NCBI GenBank assembly: GCA_025354605.1
Contig: JANXMN010000276.1
Coordinates: 1 to 53,618, forward strand
DNA from: Hymenobacter sp.
GTDB taxonomy: Bacteria; Bacteroidota; Bacteroidia; Cytophagales; Hymenobacteraceae
Direction of reading: 5' to 3'
DNA: 53,618 nucleotides
The notes beneath the pieces are model-generated. The model was not told the origin of the DNA, did not search any database, and saw only the letters and a program-made list of their open reading frames with translations. Made by a program: the position numbers and the translations under genes. This document shows, one piece after another, positions 1 through 8,826 of the stretch; the first letter of the stretch is position 1, and the number at the start of each line of letters is the position of its first letter.

Positions 1-103
1 GTACCCGGTAGGGCTCGCCCCCGCCCGTCGTTGAACGAGTGGTTCGGGTATCGTTCGCGGGGCGGGCGGGGGCAAGCCCTACCGGGTACGACCCCGCCCC
101 TAC
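1..103. repeat. GTAG-type REP doublet (palindrome), in frame inside the kinase ORF
   Basis: 1-27 and 63-89 are inverted repeats with 1 mismatch. The right end is CCCCGCCCCTAC. A related arm lies at 25930-25954. Confidence 0.8.
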
Positions 104-2392
104 TTCTTCGGCCGGGAAGCGCAGGGTGAAAGCCGCGCCTTGTCCGGGCCCGCTGGCCAGGGTGAGGGTGCCGCCCAGCAGCGTAGCCAGCTCCCGGCTT
201 AGGGCCAGGCCCAGGCCGGTGCCGCCCTGGGCCTGGTTCTGGGGGCTCTGGTAAAACCGTTCGAATACCCGCTCGTGCTCGGCCGGCGCGATGCCGGGGC
301 CGGTGTCGCGCACGGTGAGGGCATAGTAGCCGTCCGCGGCGGGCAGGGCAGCCGTGAGGGTCACCGTGCCGCCGGCGGGCGTGTGGTTCAGGGCATTGCT
401 GAGCAGGTTGGTCAGAATTTGTTCCACCTTGTCGCCATCCACCAGCAGGTACGGTGCGTCGGATAGCGGGCCAGGGCCGTGCAGCGTCAAGCCGCGCGCG
501 GCGGCCAGCGGGGCAAACTGGGCCACCAGCCGGTGCAGAAACGGGGCCACGGCCGTGGGCACGGGCTGCACCGGCAGCCGGCCGGCCTCCAGCCGCGTCA
601 GGTCCAGAATGCGGTTCACCAACTCGTTCAGGCGGCCGGCCTGGCGGTGGGCCAGGGCCACGGGGCCGCGCACGGCGGCGGGCAGCGGCCGGGCAAGGTC
701 GTTCAGCAAGGTTTCGAGCGGGGCCAGCACCAGGGTCAGCGGGGTGCGCAGCTCGTGGCTGGCATTGGCGAAAAACTGATTTTTGGCCGCATCCAGCTCG
801 CCCAGGCGCAGGGCCTGGGCTTCGAGCTGCTGCTGCTGGGCGGCGAGTAAGGCGTTGTCGCGCCGTTGGCGGCGGGTGGTACGCCAGAGCAGCACGGCCA
901 GTCCGCCCAACCCCGCTAAGCTCGCCAGCAGCCCGCCCAGGGCCGTGCGCTGCTGCCGGGCCTGCGCCGTGGCCTGCCGTTCGGTGCGGCGCAGGCGGGC
1001 CAGGCGGCTTTGCTGCGTCTGGGCGGCTTGGTCGAACTCGTAGCGGGCCACGCGCGTGGGTACCTGCGCGGCTTCCAGCGTATCGGCTAGGGCCAGGGTA
1101 GCCAGGGCGTAGGTGGCCGCCTGTGCGGGCTGGCCCTGCTGCTGCCAGCTGGCGGCCATCCCGCGCAGGTAGGCCAGGGTGAGAGCCGCCTGGCGTTCCT
1201 GCCGGGCCTGGTGCAGCGCCGTTTGCCAGGCGTGCAGGGCCTGCGCCCCCTGGCCGGTGGCCGCGTAGTAGCGGGCCCAACAGGCGTGCAGCTCACAGTA
1301 GCCGGCATACGAGCGAAGCGGCAAATGCAGGGAGTCGACCAGATGCTGGCCAGCTACGAGCAGGGGCCGGGCAGCGGCCGGGCGGCCCAGCGCCAGCAGG
1401 ATGGCACTTTCTTGCACCAGGCCCAACGCGCGGTCGTAAGGCGCGACGGTAGCCGGGGGGCGATGGGGACGCAGGGCGCGGGCATTGCAGCGCCGGGCCT
1501 CGGCGTAGCGCCCCAGCTGGAAGTAAGCGCGGGCCAGGGCGTGGTTCATGGCTGCGTAATAGGTTTCCGGCGCGAAGCCGGGCAGCGTCAGAGCTTTCCG
1601 GAGGTAAGGCAGAGCCCGGGCGTGGTTGCCCCATTCGGTGTACATGATGCCGATGGCTCCCAGCTCGTTGTAGTACCGAAAAGTCGAGCAGGTGCGAAAC
1701 AGCTCTGCCGCCCGCATCCGCTGGCTGATGGCCTGGTTGTAGTCGCCCAATGCCCCATAGTAGTTGCCCAGCATGCGGTAACAAATGGCGCTATTCATCA
1801 CGCTGCCGTGCTGCTCGTGAGCCAGCCGTTGCGTGAAGAACGTCCGGTTGGCTTCCGGCTGCTTCAGCTCTGTATTGACCTCCTTAATCCATTCCAGCAG
1901 GTATGGCTGCGGCCCTCCGCCCAGGGCGTCGTAGGCCCACAGGGCCGCGAGCAGGGTGTCGCGCATGGCCAGCAGATTTGGAACCGGCCGGAGCGCCAGC
2001 TCGTCGAAGGCCACTACCAGGCGCAGCGGTACCCGCTCGGGGTAGTGCAGCCGGGTGGCCAGCCGCAGGGCTTCGCGGTGCTCGCCCAGCAGGTCGGGCA
2101 GCGCCTCCCGCGACAGGTCCGTCAGGTGGAAGAGCTGGGTGAGGGTTTGCAGGCGCAGGGTGTCGGCGTGCTGGCCGGCCAGTACCCGGCGCAGCGAGTC
2201 GTTGGGGGCATCCCAGTAGCGGCGGTCGAAGCGCACGGTCCGCAGCCGGCGCTGGTACCCGGCCAGCTGCAACGGGCTGGGCTGGGCCCGGGCCGTCGCG
2301 AGCGGCCCCAGCAGCACGAACAGAAATAACAGCCACTTTCCCTGGGTTAGCCCGGGAAGCAGCCAGTGGAACAGCTCAGCGAAACAAGGCAT
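1..2392 (-). CDS. TPR-type sensor histidine kinase (probably hybrid), 3' end beyond the window
   Basis: Manually translated from ATG at 2392 (MPCFAELFHW...hydrophobic N-terminus). The same frame gives the H-box FFANASHELRTPL (~740-778) and HATPase FERFYQ...GGTGLGLALSRELA. The frame is open at base 1, which would explain its absence from the ORF track. The middle was only spot-checked for stops. Confidence 0.85.
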   Translation of the reverse strand, partial: MPCFAELFHWLLPGLTQGKWLLFLFVLLGPLATARAQPSPLQLAGYQRRLRTVRFDRRYWDAPNDSLRRVLAGQHADTLRLQTLTQLFHLTDLSREALPDLLGEHREALRLATRLHYPERVPLRLVVAFDELALRPVPNLLAMRDTLLAALWAYDALGGGPQPYLLEWIKEVNTELKQPEANRTFFTQRLAHEQHGSVMNSAICYRMLGNYYGALGDYNQAISQRMRAAELFRTCSTFRYYNELGAIGIMYTEWGNHARALPYLRKALTLPGFAPETYYAAMNHALARAYFQLGRYAEARRCNARALRPHRPPATVAPYDRALGLVQESAILLALGRPAAARPLLVAGQHLVDSLHLPLRSYAGYCELHACWARYYAATGQGAQALHAWQTALHQARQERQAALTLAYLRGMAASWQQQGQPAQAATYALATLALADTLEAAQVPTRVARYEFDQAAQTQQSRLARLRRTERQATAQARQQRTALGGLLASLAGLGGLAVLLWRTTRRQRRDNALLAAQQQQLEAQALRLGELDAAKNQFFANASHELRTPLTLVLAPLETLLNDLARPLPAAVRGPVALAHRQAGRLNELVNRILDLTRLEAGRLPVQPVPTAVAPFLHRLVAQFAPLAAARGLTLHGPGPLSDAPYLLVDGDKVEQILTNLLSNALNHTPAGGTVTLTAALPAADGYYALTVRDTGPGIAPAEHERVFERFYQSPQNQAQGGTGLGLALSRELATLLGGTLTLASGPGQGAAFTLRFPAEEVGAGSYPVGLAPARPANDTRTTRSTTGGGEPYRV

Positions 2393-2635
2393 AGCAGCTT
2401 CAGAACGAGCACAGTGCCCGGAGATAGATGGCCAAAAGTACGTGCTTCTAATAAGCTCTACTACCATGCACATGCACATGGTTGCGGGCGGCTACTGCAA
2501 AACCAAAGCATGCAGACCTTGCTATTCAGCCCCAAACGCCCCAACTAAAGCGGCATCAGGTCGGGTTTCTGACCATAACAGCCCATCCGGTAACAACCTT
2601 GGCCAGGCCAGGGTGCGGTTCGGCTGGGCGAGCGG

Positions 2636-3046
2636 GTGCTCTCCGATGAAAAGGATACGTGGACGGTGAGCGCTGCCGCCTTGTTTTTGTTGCGCAGCTT
2701 GGCAGTCGAACACTCGGTTGGAGACCAACTCTTGCCCTGCTGCTGCGGCTTCCTCATGTGGCCCGATGCCACGAGCAATAACGTGTTGGTGTTGGGCTGC
2801 CCGAATAGCGTCGACTGGTGGGTCGAGCACCGGGGCCAGCAGGTGCAGCTCACGGCTCCCGACGGCGAAACGGTCCTGCTTTATTTCGACGCGTATCGGG
2901 CACGAGTGCTCGCGTTTGCAGACGAATTTGAAGCTTTTTACCAGCGCAGCGCGCCTAAAAAAGTGCCCGCAGATGCCCCGGATGCGGAAGGATACGAACT
3001 CCTCTGGAACGAATGGCACGGCCGCCGAAATCAGTGGCCCCGCTGA
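2636..3046 (+). CDS. Hypothetical Cys-motif protein, probably 5'-truncated
   Basis: Protein-like ORF (WTVSAAALFLLRSL...LLPCCCG...GCPNSVDW). The frame is closed by TAA at 2591 and only a GTG start is available. Confidence 0.5.
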   Translation: MLSDEKDTWTVSAAALFLLRSLAVEHSVGDQLLPCCCGFLMWPDATSNNVLVLGCPNSVDWWVEHRGQQVQLTAPDGETVLLYFDAYRARVLAFADEFEAFYQRSAPKKVPADAPDAEGYELLWNEWHGRRNQWPR

Positions 3047-3231
3047 CCACCGTTTAAGTAGTCGCCAACACATACAGCACCTGCATCGCAATGGGCAACA
3101 CCCGCTCGGCTTGGGCTTGGGTCGCCGGCCAGTCCCAATTCGCGGATGCGCCCGAGCGCAAGTCTGCCAGGGCGGCGTGGGCTCGGTCAGTAAGCGCGTC
3201 GAGCCTGTAAACTGTTCACCCGCCGCATATT

Positions 3232-4218
3232 TCAGATGCCACCCGTGGTGAAACCAAGCACTGCTGCTTCCTCACCTTCGCCCAATTGGAAGCTTGCTTC
3301 CGCCGCCGCCATTTCGTAGTGCACCGCCACATCGGTTTCAAAGGCTACGAAGTATTCGCACAGCAGGGCCAGCGCCTTTGCGGGCCAAGCTCCGCTCAGG
3401 TAGGCTTCGAGTTCGGCAACGCTTAACCCCTGCAGGCTTACCTCCAGGGCGGGTAGGGTTTCCTGGTAGTCGCCGCCCAGCACCAGGTCGCGGCCCAAGG
3501 ACAGACTCCCAAGGGAAGTACCGCCGGTTGCTGAAGCGGTTGCCCCGGCTGGCGCCAGGGCGTGCCGCAGCGGGGCAACCACGCGCAGTTGCACGGCCTG
3601 GCCCAGCACATTCTCGAAGCATTGCTGGGTGCGTGGCAAATCGCCCACAATGCCGTGCGCCAGGGGTAGCAGGTAGAGCAGGTTGGTGAGGGGGCCGGCG
3701 GGCAGGCCCGCGTCGGCAATGCCCCAGAACCGGGCTACCGCTTCGTTGTACCAGCGGGCCGACAGGTTGGAGAAGTAGCGCCGCTCTTCCTGCTCGATGC
3801 GCACCCGGCAGCGGAAAAACTCCTGCTCGAAGGGCAGAAAAAACAAGCGGGTCGCCTTTTCTTTCCGCCGCTGCGTGCGAATGTCTTCAACCATGGCCCG
3901 CACGCCGGAAGGTGCGCTGGGCGTGCCGCTGCCTGGCTGATGAAATACCTGCTGCGGGATGGCATCGTAAAGGCCTTCGCGGTGCAGTTCGAGCACGGTG
4001 CGCACCACGGGCCGATGGGCGCGCTGGAACTCCTCGTCGCGCACGGTGCCCAAGTCGCGCCGATAGCGGCGGGCAAACAGGCCCACGGGCTGCACCAGGA
4101 AATCGTCGAACGCGTAGCCGTAGTCCAGCAGCTCGGCCAGGATTACTTCGAGGCGCAAGTCGAAGGGCTGGCGGCGCAAATTAGCCAGCAGCGCGTGTAC
4201 GGAAATGGGTTGGGGCAT
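3232..4218 (-). CDS. tssG: Type VI secretion baseplate subunit TssG (Bacteroidota subtype iii)
   Basis: LHREGLYDAIPQQVFH, TRLFFLPFEQEFF, LPLAHGIVGD motifs; adjacent to tssN/K/O; ATG at 4218 chosen as start. Confidence 0.85.
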   Translation of the reverse strand: MPQPISVHALLANLRRQPFDLRLEVILAELLDYGYAFDDFLVQPVGLFARRYRRDLGTVRDEEFQRAHRPVVRTVLELHREGLYDAIPQQVFHQPGSGTPSAPSGVRAMVEDIRTQRRKEKATRLFFLPFEQEFFRCRVRIEQEERRYFSNLSARWYNEAVARFWGIADAGLPAGPLTNLLYLLPLAHGIVGDLPRTQQCFENVLGQAVQLRVVAPLRHALAPAGATASATGGTSLGSLSLGRDLVLGGDYQETLPALEVSLQGLSVAELEAYLSGAWPAKALALLCEYFVAFETDVAVHYEMAAAEASFQLGEGEEAAVLGFTTGGI

Positions 4219-4418
4219 GGAAAAGCGGGGAAAGCGGCCAGGGGCGAAGATAAGAGAGGCGGGCTCTACGGGCGGGGCCGGGGGTTGGGAACCGTCGTTA
4301 TAGTGGTACTTCGCGGAGCATAAATTGTCGCTGACGCAAAATTTGCCGTACTTTGTTCGCTTGCCCGGAATGAAGCGGGGCGAGCGCACCTGCTTTCCCC
4401 GCACTGCTTCCTTTTCGA

Positions 4419-5273
4419 ATGCTTCCTAATCCTACCTCTCAGGCCCGTGGGGCCGCCAACAGCACCTTATCCAATCTTAGCTCGCGGGTGCAGGGCAGTA
4501 AGGTTTTTCTGAGCGTGCTGCTGTACGTGCTGGGCACAGTGCTGGCCTTCGGGCTGCTGGGGTTTGCGGCCGTGCGCAGCCCGTGGGGCTTTCCACTCAC
4601 GCTGGCGCTGCTGATGCAGGCACTTGGGCTGCTGGGCTGGCTCTACGCCGCGCAGCTGCCCAAGTGGCTCAGCTGGCTCAATCCGGAAAGCCGGGGGCAG
4701 TCGGTGCTGGCCCTGGCCCTCACGGCCGTGCTTGGGGCCGGGGCCATCGTGGCGCTGCGCTGGGTGCCCTGGGCCAAAAACTGCTTGCCCCCGGCGGGCT
4801 TTGTATCGGCTGTGCTGCCGTTTTTGCTGCCGTACTTCTTCTGGGAGTCGTACCGCGCCTGGATGGCCATCCCGTACCGGCGCTATAAGCTTTGGCGCTA
4901 CAATCCACTGGCTCCCAGCCCCGACCTCTCGCGCATGGACCTCAATCACTTCATGGTGGTGCACTTCTGGATGACCCGTCGGCTTGGGGAGGCGCTCTAC
5001 CATGACTTTTCCTCGAAAGCGCCCTATCAGATGCGGTTGAACGACTTGTTCGCCATCTTTCTCTCGGATTACAACAAGCTGAAACCCGACCAGGCCATTC
5101 AGTATCTCGACAACGAAGGGCAGTCCTTTGGCTGGCTGTTTTACGCCAAGCGCCCCTGGTGGCGCCGGCGCATGTACTACGACCCCGATTTTACCTTCCA
5201 GGACAACTTCCTGCGGCAGGGCAACATCATCGTGGCCGAACGGGTGCCGGCTGACCCGAGCACAACTCACTAG
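4419..5273 (+). CDS. tssN: TssN family T6SSiii membrane protein
   Basis: Several N-terminal TM helices followed by IPYRRYKLW, KAPYQMRLNDLF..F..DYN, YYDPDFTFQDN. Confidence 0.85.
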   Translation: MLPNPTSQARGAANSTLSNLSSRVQGSKVFLSVLLYVLGTVLAFGLLGFAAVRSPWGFPLTLALLMQALGLLGWLYAAQLPKWLSWLNPESRGQSVLALALTAVLGAGAIVALRWVPWAKNCLPPAGFVSAVLPFLLPYFFWESYRAWMAIPYRRYKLWRYNPLAPSPDLSRMDLNHFMVVHFWMTRRLGEALYHDFSSKAPYQMRLNDLFAIFLSDYNKLKPDQAIQYLDNEGQSFGWLFYAKRPWWRRRMYYDPDFTFQDNFLRQGNIIVAERVPADPSTTH

Positions 5274-5326
5274 CCTGCCCTCTTCTCCTGTGCCTTTCCC
5301 CTACCTTTCGCCTTTCCTTCGCGCCC

Positions 5327-6535
5327 ATGCTTCCTGAAATCACGCATTACCCGGTGAATTGGGTTGACGGGATGAAAATTGCCCGTCGCCACTTCGCCGA
5401 AGCCGACCACTTCACCACCGACCACCTGCGCGACGCCACCGCACTGCACCTGCGGCCCGATTACTACGGCTTGCTGCCCGCGACCAACGAGCTGGGCAGC
5501 CCCTCGTTCGAGCTGCTGCTGAACGTGGACGCGCAAAACGAGGTACAAGCCCGCCTGACGCAGTGCCGCGCCGTGACGGCCGGCGGCGTTCGCATAGAAA
5601 TTACGGCCACGAGCGCGCCGCTGGCCGCCCGCACCAACCTGGTGCAGTTGCTGAACACGTTTGGGCTACCCGCTACCGAGGGGCTGCGTTTCAGCGTAGT
5701 GCTCACCGTTAATCCGTTTGAGCGCGTGCCAACCGGCACGCCCTCGCCCGACGAGCTGCCGCCCCGGCATCCGTACACCCGCCCGGCTTATGCGCTCAGC
5801 TTCGTGCCGACGCAGCAGCTGACCGGCACGCTGGGCGTGGCGTTTGCCCTGCCGGTGGGCGAGCTGCTGCTCACCGATGGGGAGTTGCGGCCGGTGGCCC
5901 ACTTCATTCCGCCCAGCACGGCGCTGGCCAGCCATCCGGCCCTGCTGCAGGCGCTGCATCAGCTCGATTTCCAATTGACCGAGCTGGAGACCGACGCGTT
6001 CAAAATTATTCACAAAGTGAAGCTGCGCACCGACAAGCGCAGCCACTTGGCCGACCTCGTGCGCGAGCTGGCTGAACGCACCGCGTTTGCCCTGGCCCAG
6101 CAGCTCACCACGCTGCGGCTGATGGCGGCGGCCCAGCCCCCGATTTACCTGCTGGATGCCCTGCTGCGGGTAGCCAAACAAATCAAAACTTCGCTCGACA
6201 GCCTCACCGAAGCCGAGCGTGAAGAGTTGCTCAAGTATTTCGAGCAATGGTCCGAAACACTGCCCGCCACGCTGCTCGCGGCGCTGCAAACGGCCGTTAC
6301 GCTCAGCTACAATCACCAACTGGTGCACGAGCACTTGCGCCACCAGCAGTACCTGTGGCAGCTCATAGGCACCATTTTCCGGCAGCTCAGCCAACTCGAA
6401 TACATCGGCAAGAACAAAGAGGGGTGGCAGACCTTTATCAATGAAAATCCGGTGGCCAAGTCGGCCGCGGCGGGTGTTTCTGCCACAAAAGCCACGGAAA
6501 ATGACTCCGCCCGCTGGAATCCCTTCACCACTTAA
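5327..6535 (+). CDS. tssK: TssK-like T6SSiii baseplate protein
   Basis: N-terminal PVNWVDGMKI...HF motif, PPRHPY, FIPP and YNH motifs; operon context. Confidence 0.8.
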   Translation: MLPEITHYPVNWVDGMKIARRHFAEADHFTTDHLRDATALHLRPDYYGLLPATNELGSPSFELLLNVDAQNEVQARLTQCRAVTAGGVRIEITATSAPLAARTNLVQLLNTFGLPATEGLRFSVVLTVNPFERVPTGTPSPDELPPRHPYTRPAYALSFVPTQQLTGTLGVAFALPVGELLLTDGELRPVAHFIPPSTALASHPALLQALHQLDFQLTELETDAFKIIHKVKLRTDKRSHLADLVRELAERTAFALAQQLTTLRLMAAAQPPIYLLDALLRVAKQIKTSLDSLTEAEREELLKYFEQWSETLPATLLAALQTAVTLSYNHQLVHEHLRHQQYLWQLIGTIFRQLSQLEYIGKNKEGWQTFINENPVAKSAAAGVSATKATENDSARWNPFTT

Positions 6536-6567
6536 GCGGCTGCCCCCGTATCCCATCCTCCGCTCGC

Positions 6568-7467
6568 ATGAAACCCCTTAACCAACCCGAACGCCGCACG
6601 CGCCTATGGCAGTTTTCGCTGCTTTATCTGTTGGCCTTGCTGGTGCCGCTGGTGGCCTCGTATTACCTGTTTTCGAATTCCAGCATCGCCGATGAGAATG
6701 CCCGCCTGAAAAAGGAGCTCGACCGCACCCACGAGGAGCAGGAGCGGCTGGTGACTCGATTCGACACTCTTACCCAGCATCTGCGGCGTATCGATGCCGT
6801 CGACCTGCAAATGATGGCCGAGTCGAACCCAAACGTGCGTAGCGTGCTGTTGCTCAAAAACCAGGACTACGGTAATGCTATCGCCGCGCGGCTGAGCGAG
6901 CTGCGCAACGACACCGTCCAGATGCAGATTCCGGCGCATCGGCTGGTGGCTCGGAATATCCTGCGCGACTTCGACTTTTACCGCTCCACCCGCAATACCG
7001 TCGACGTGTTGCGGCAGGATGTGGCCAGGTCCGGGGAAGGGGCCCGCGGCAGCGAGCGGCTGGCCTCCGAGCTGGCCAGCGCGAAACAGGAAGCTTCGTC
7101 TGCTAAGCAGCAGGTGGTTACCCTGCAGGCGGCCCTGGCCGCTGCTTCGGCCAGAGGTGGCGGCGGGGGGGGCGGCGGGGGCGGAGCCCCTGCTGCGGCG
7201 ACGCCCAGCAACTCTTCCAAAATCCAGATAGCCCTGCTACGCGACCAGGTAGCCTTTGCGGAGGCCGATTGCCTGCGGCAACGTGCCCTTGACCATAAAT
7301 CCCGCAGCAAGGAGCGCAAGCAGCTGCTGGAACAGTCGCGTACCGCATTCATTCAGATACTGCAGGCCCCGGCCACCGATGACCTGAAGCAAAGCATCGA
7401 ACAGACGTTAGCGCCTATCAACGTAGAGCTTGGCCGGGAGCCCCGTTTTTTTGGGTTGATTAAATAG
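6568..7467 (+). CDS. tssO: TssO-like T6SSiii protein with coiled-coil and poly-Gly extension
   Basis: MKPLNQPERRTRLWQFSLLY N-terminus, a single TM helix and a coiled coil; follows tssK. Confidence 0.65.
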   Translation: MKPLNQPERRTRLWQFSLLYLLALLVPLVASYYLFSNSSIADENARLKKELDRTHEEQERLVTRFDTLTQHLRRIDAVDLQMMAESNPNVRSVLLLKNQDYGNAIAARLSELRNDTVQMQIPAHRLVARNILRDFDFYRSTRNTVDVLRQDVARSGEGARGSERLASELASAKQEASSAKQQVVTLQAALAAASARGGGGGGGGGGAPAAATPSNSSKIQIALLRDQVAFAEADCLRQRALDHKSRSKERKQLLEQSRTAFIQILQAPATDDLKQSIEQTLAPINVELGREPRFFGLIK

Positions 7468-7584
7468 TGCGCTTGTGCAAAGTCAGCGGTCCTGAATCGA
7501 GTCGACCCAACTAGCCCCCCAAAACTTGCCGCAGGCCGTGCCGCAGGCCTGCACGTCGAGCGAATTCTAAAGAAAACCTCGCTT

Positions 7585-7652
7585 TGAGATGGTCTAGCTG
7601 AAACGGAGAGTGAGAAGTCTTAACTCCGCTGTCCATGACTGAAAAACTGAAT
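7585..7652 (+). mobile_element. Isolated left end of an IS3-family element
   Basis: TGAGATGGTCTAGCTGAAACGGA resembles the termini at 7653 and 8504. It is followed by ATGACTGAAAAACTGAAT (MTEKLN) and then cut by the next element. Confidence 0.6.
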
Positions 7653-7865
7653 TGAGATGGTCCAGCTAAGTCGGACACAATTGGGACGTGGTTTTGAATT
7701 GGGTTTCGAAGTGGTTAGGCAATTAGTAACCGAGGGTCGAGTGGCGGCGTTCAGCGTTGTAATACGCGATGTAATGGCTGATTTCGAGCCGGGATTCTTC
7801 CAGTCCGGGAAAGCTGCCGCCGTCGAGCAACTCAGCTTTGAAGCGGCTACAGAACGATTCGGCGT

Positions 7866-7883
7866 GGGTCGTACCCGGTAGGG
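7866..7883 (+). repeat. 15-bp micro-insertion with GGG duplication
   Basis: GGG TCGTACCCGGTA GGG; turns YDNAHAES into YDNA-LPGTT-HAES. Confidence 0.85.
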
Positions 7884-8167
7884 CGTTGTCGTAGCAGCTA
7901 CTGCGGCGACTCGTTCTTTGCTGGGCTCCATGACGCGCCAATAGGCCCTTGAATCGGGTAACCGTGTACTGGCTGGCTTGGTCGGAGTGCACGATGAGGC
8001 CAGCCGCAGGCCGGCACACTGCCAGCGCGCGGCGCAACGCCTCACTGCCCAAGTCTTCGGGCATTGTATTGCGTACGTCCCAGCCCCCGATTTTGCGCCA
8101 GCAGCGGTCGAACCAGGCGGTCAAGTACAGTCAGGCGCCGCCTTGGCGCGGCAAGTAGGTGATGTCG

Positions 8168-8185
8168 CCCTGCCGGGTACGACCC
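8168..8185 (-). repeat. 15-bp micro-insertion with GGG duplication
   Basis: Minus strand reads GGG TCGTACCCGGCA GGG; turns WVGDITY into WVG-RTRQG-DITY. Confidence 0.85.
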
Positions 8186-8826
8186 ACCCAGCCCCGGTTG
8201 GGGGCGGTAGGGGCTGCTTCAGGCAAGCGCGCAGGACGCGTACTTCCGGGTCCCGCGCCGCTTCTTCGCTGCCTACCTCGACCATGAGCTGCGCTTGCTG
8301 CCAGCACTAGAGCCATTGGGGGCTGATGCTCAGTTGTCGCGCGGCGGCCTGCGTGCTCCGGCTTTTCGGCACCAGAAGCAGGGCCTCGGCCTTGAAGGCC
8401 TCGTCGCATTTACGCCGTTTGTCGGGCGATGCCCCGCTGGTTTTAGTTGCCAGCACAGAAGAAATATACGTCCTGCTTCTATCCGGCCTGCCTAGACCAC
8501 CTCACACAGCATGGCACGGGGGTGAGGCGCAGGCAGAGTGGCGCTGGTAGGAAGCGGAATGACCAAGCCCTGATTGCGCACGCTGAACTTTACACGCAGA
8601 ATAAATCACAAAAGGATAAAATAATATTATTAAAAATCAATCGATTGACTGATAAGTAAGTGCTTTCCACATGCTTGAGCTCCTGAGCTTAGTAAGCACT
8701 GCGGTAGGGGAAAGAGGGACGAGCCGCCGGGAAACACTGCGGGCTACTTCTCCGTCACAAGGGAGCAATAGGACTGAAAGCCTGCTGTATACTGCATTTT
8801 ATCACCCTCATTTTCCCGTTCATCAT

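Larger units (their letters stand above)
7653..8504 (-). mobile_element. Degraded, internally deleted IS3-family insertion sequence
   Basis: TG...CA termini with imperfect IRs (TGAGATGGTCCAGCTAAGTCGGA / TGAGGTGGTCTAGGCAGGCCGGA). OrfA remnant DKRRKCDEAFKAEAL. OrfB remnants WVG-DITY, HSDQASQY, YDNA-HAESF, YYNAERRHSTLGY. Contains internal stops. Confidence 0.9.
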
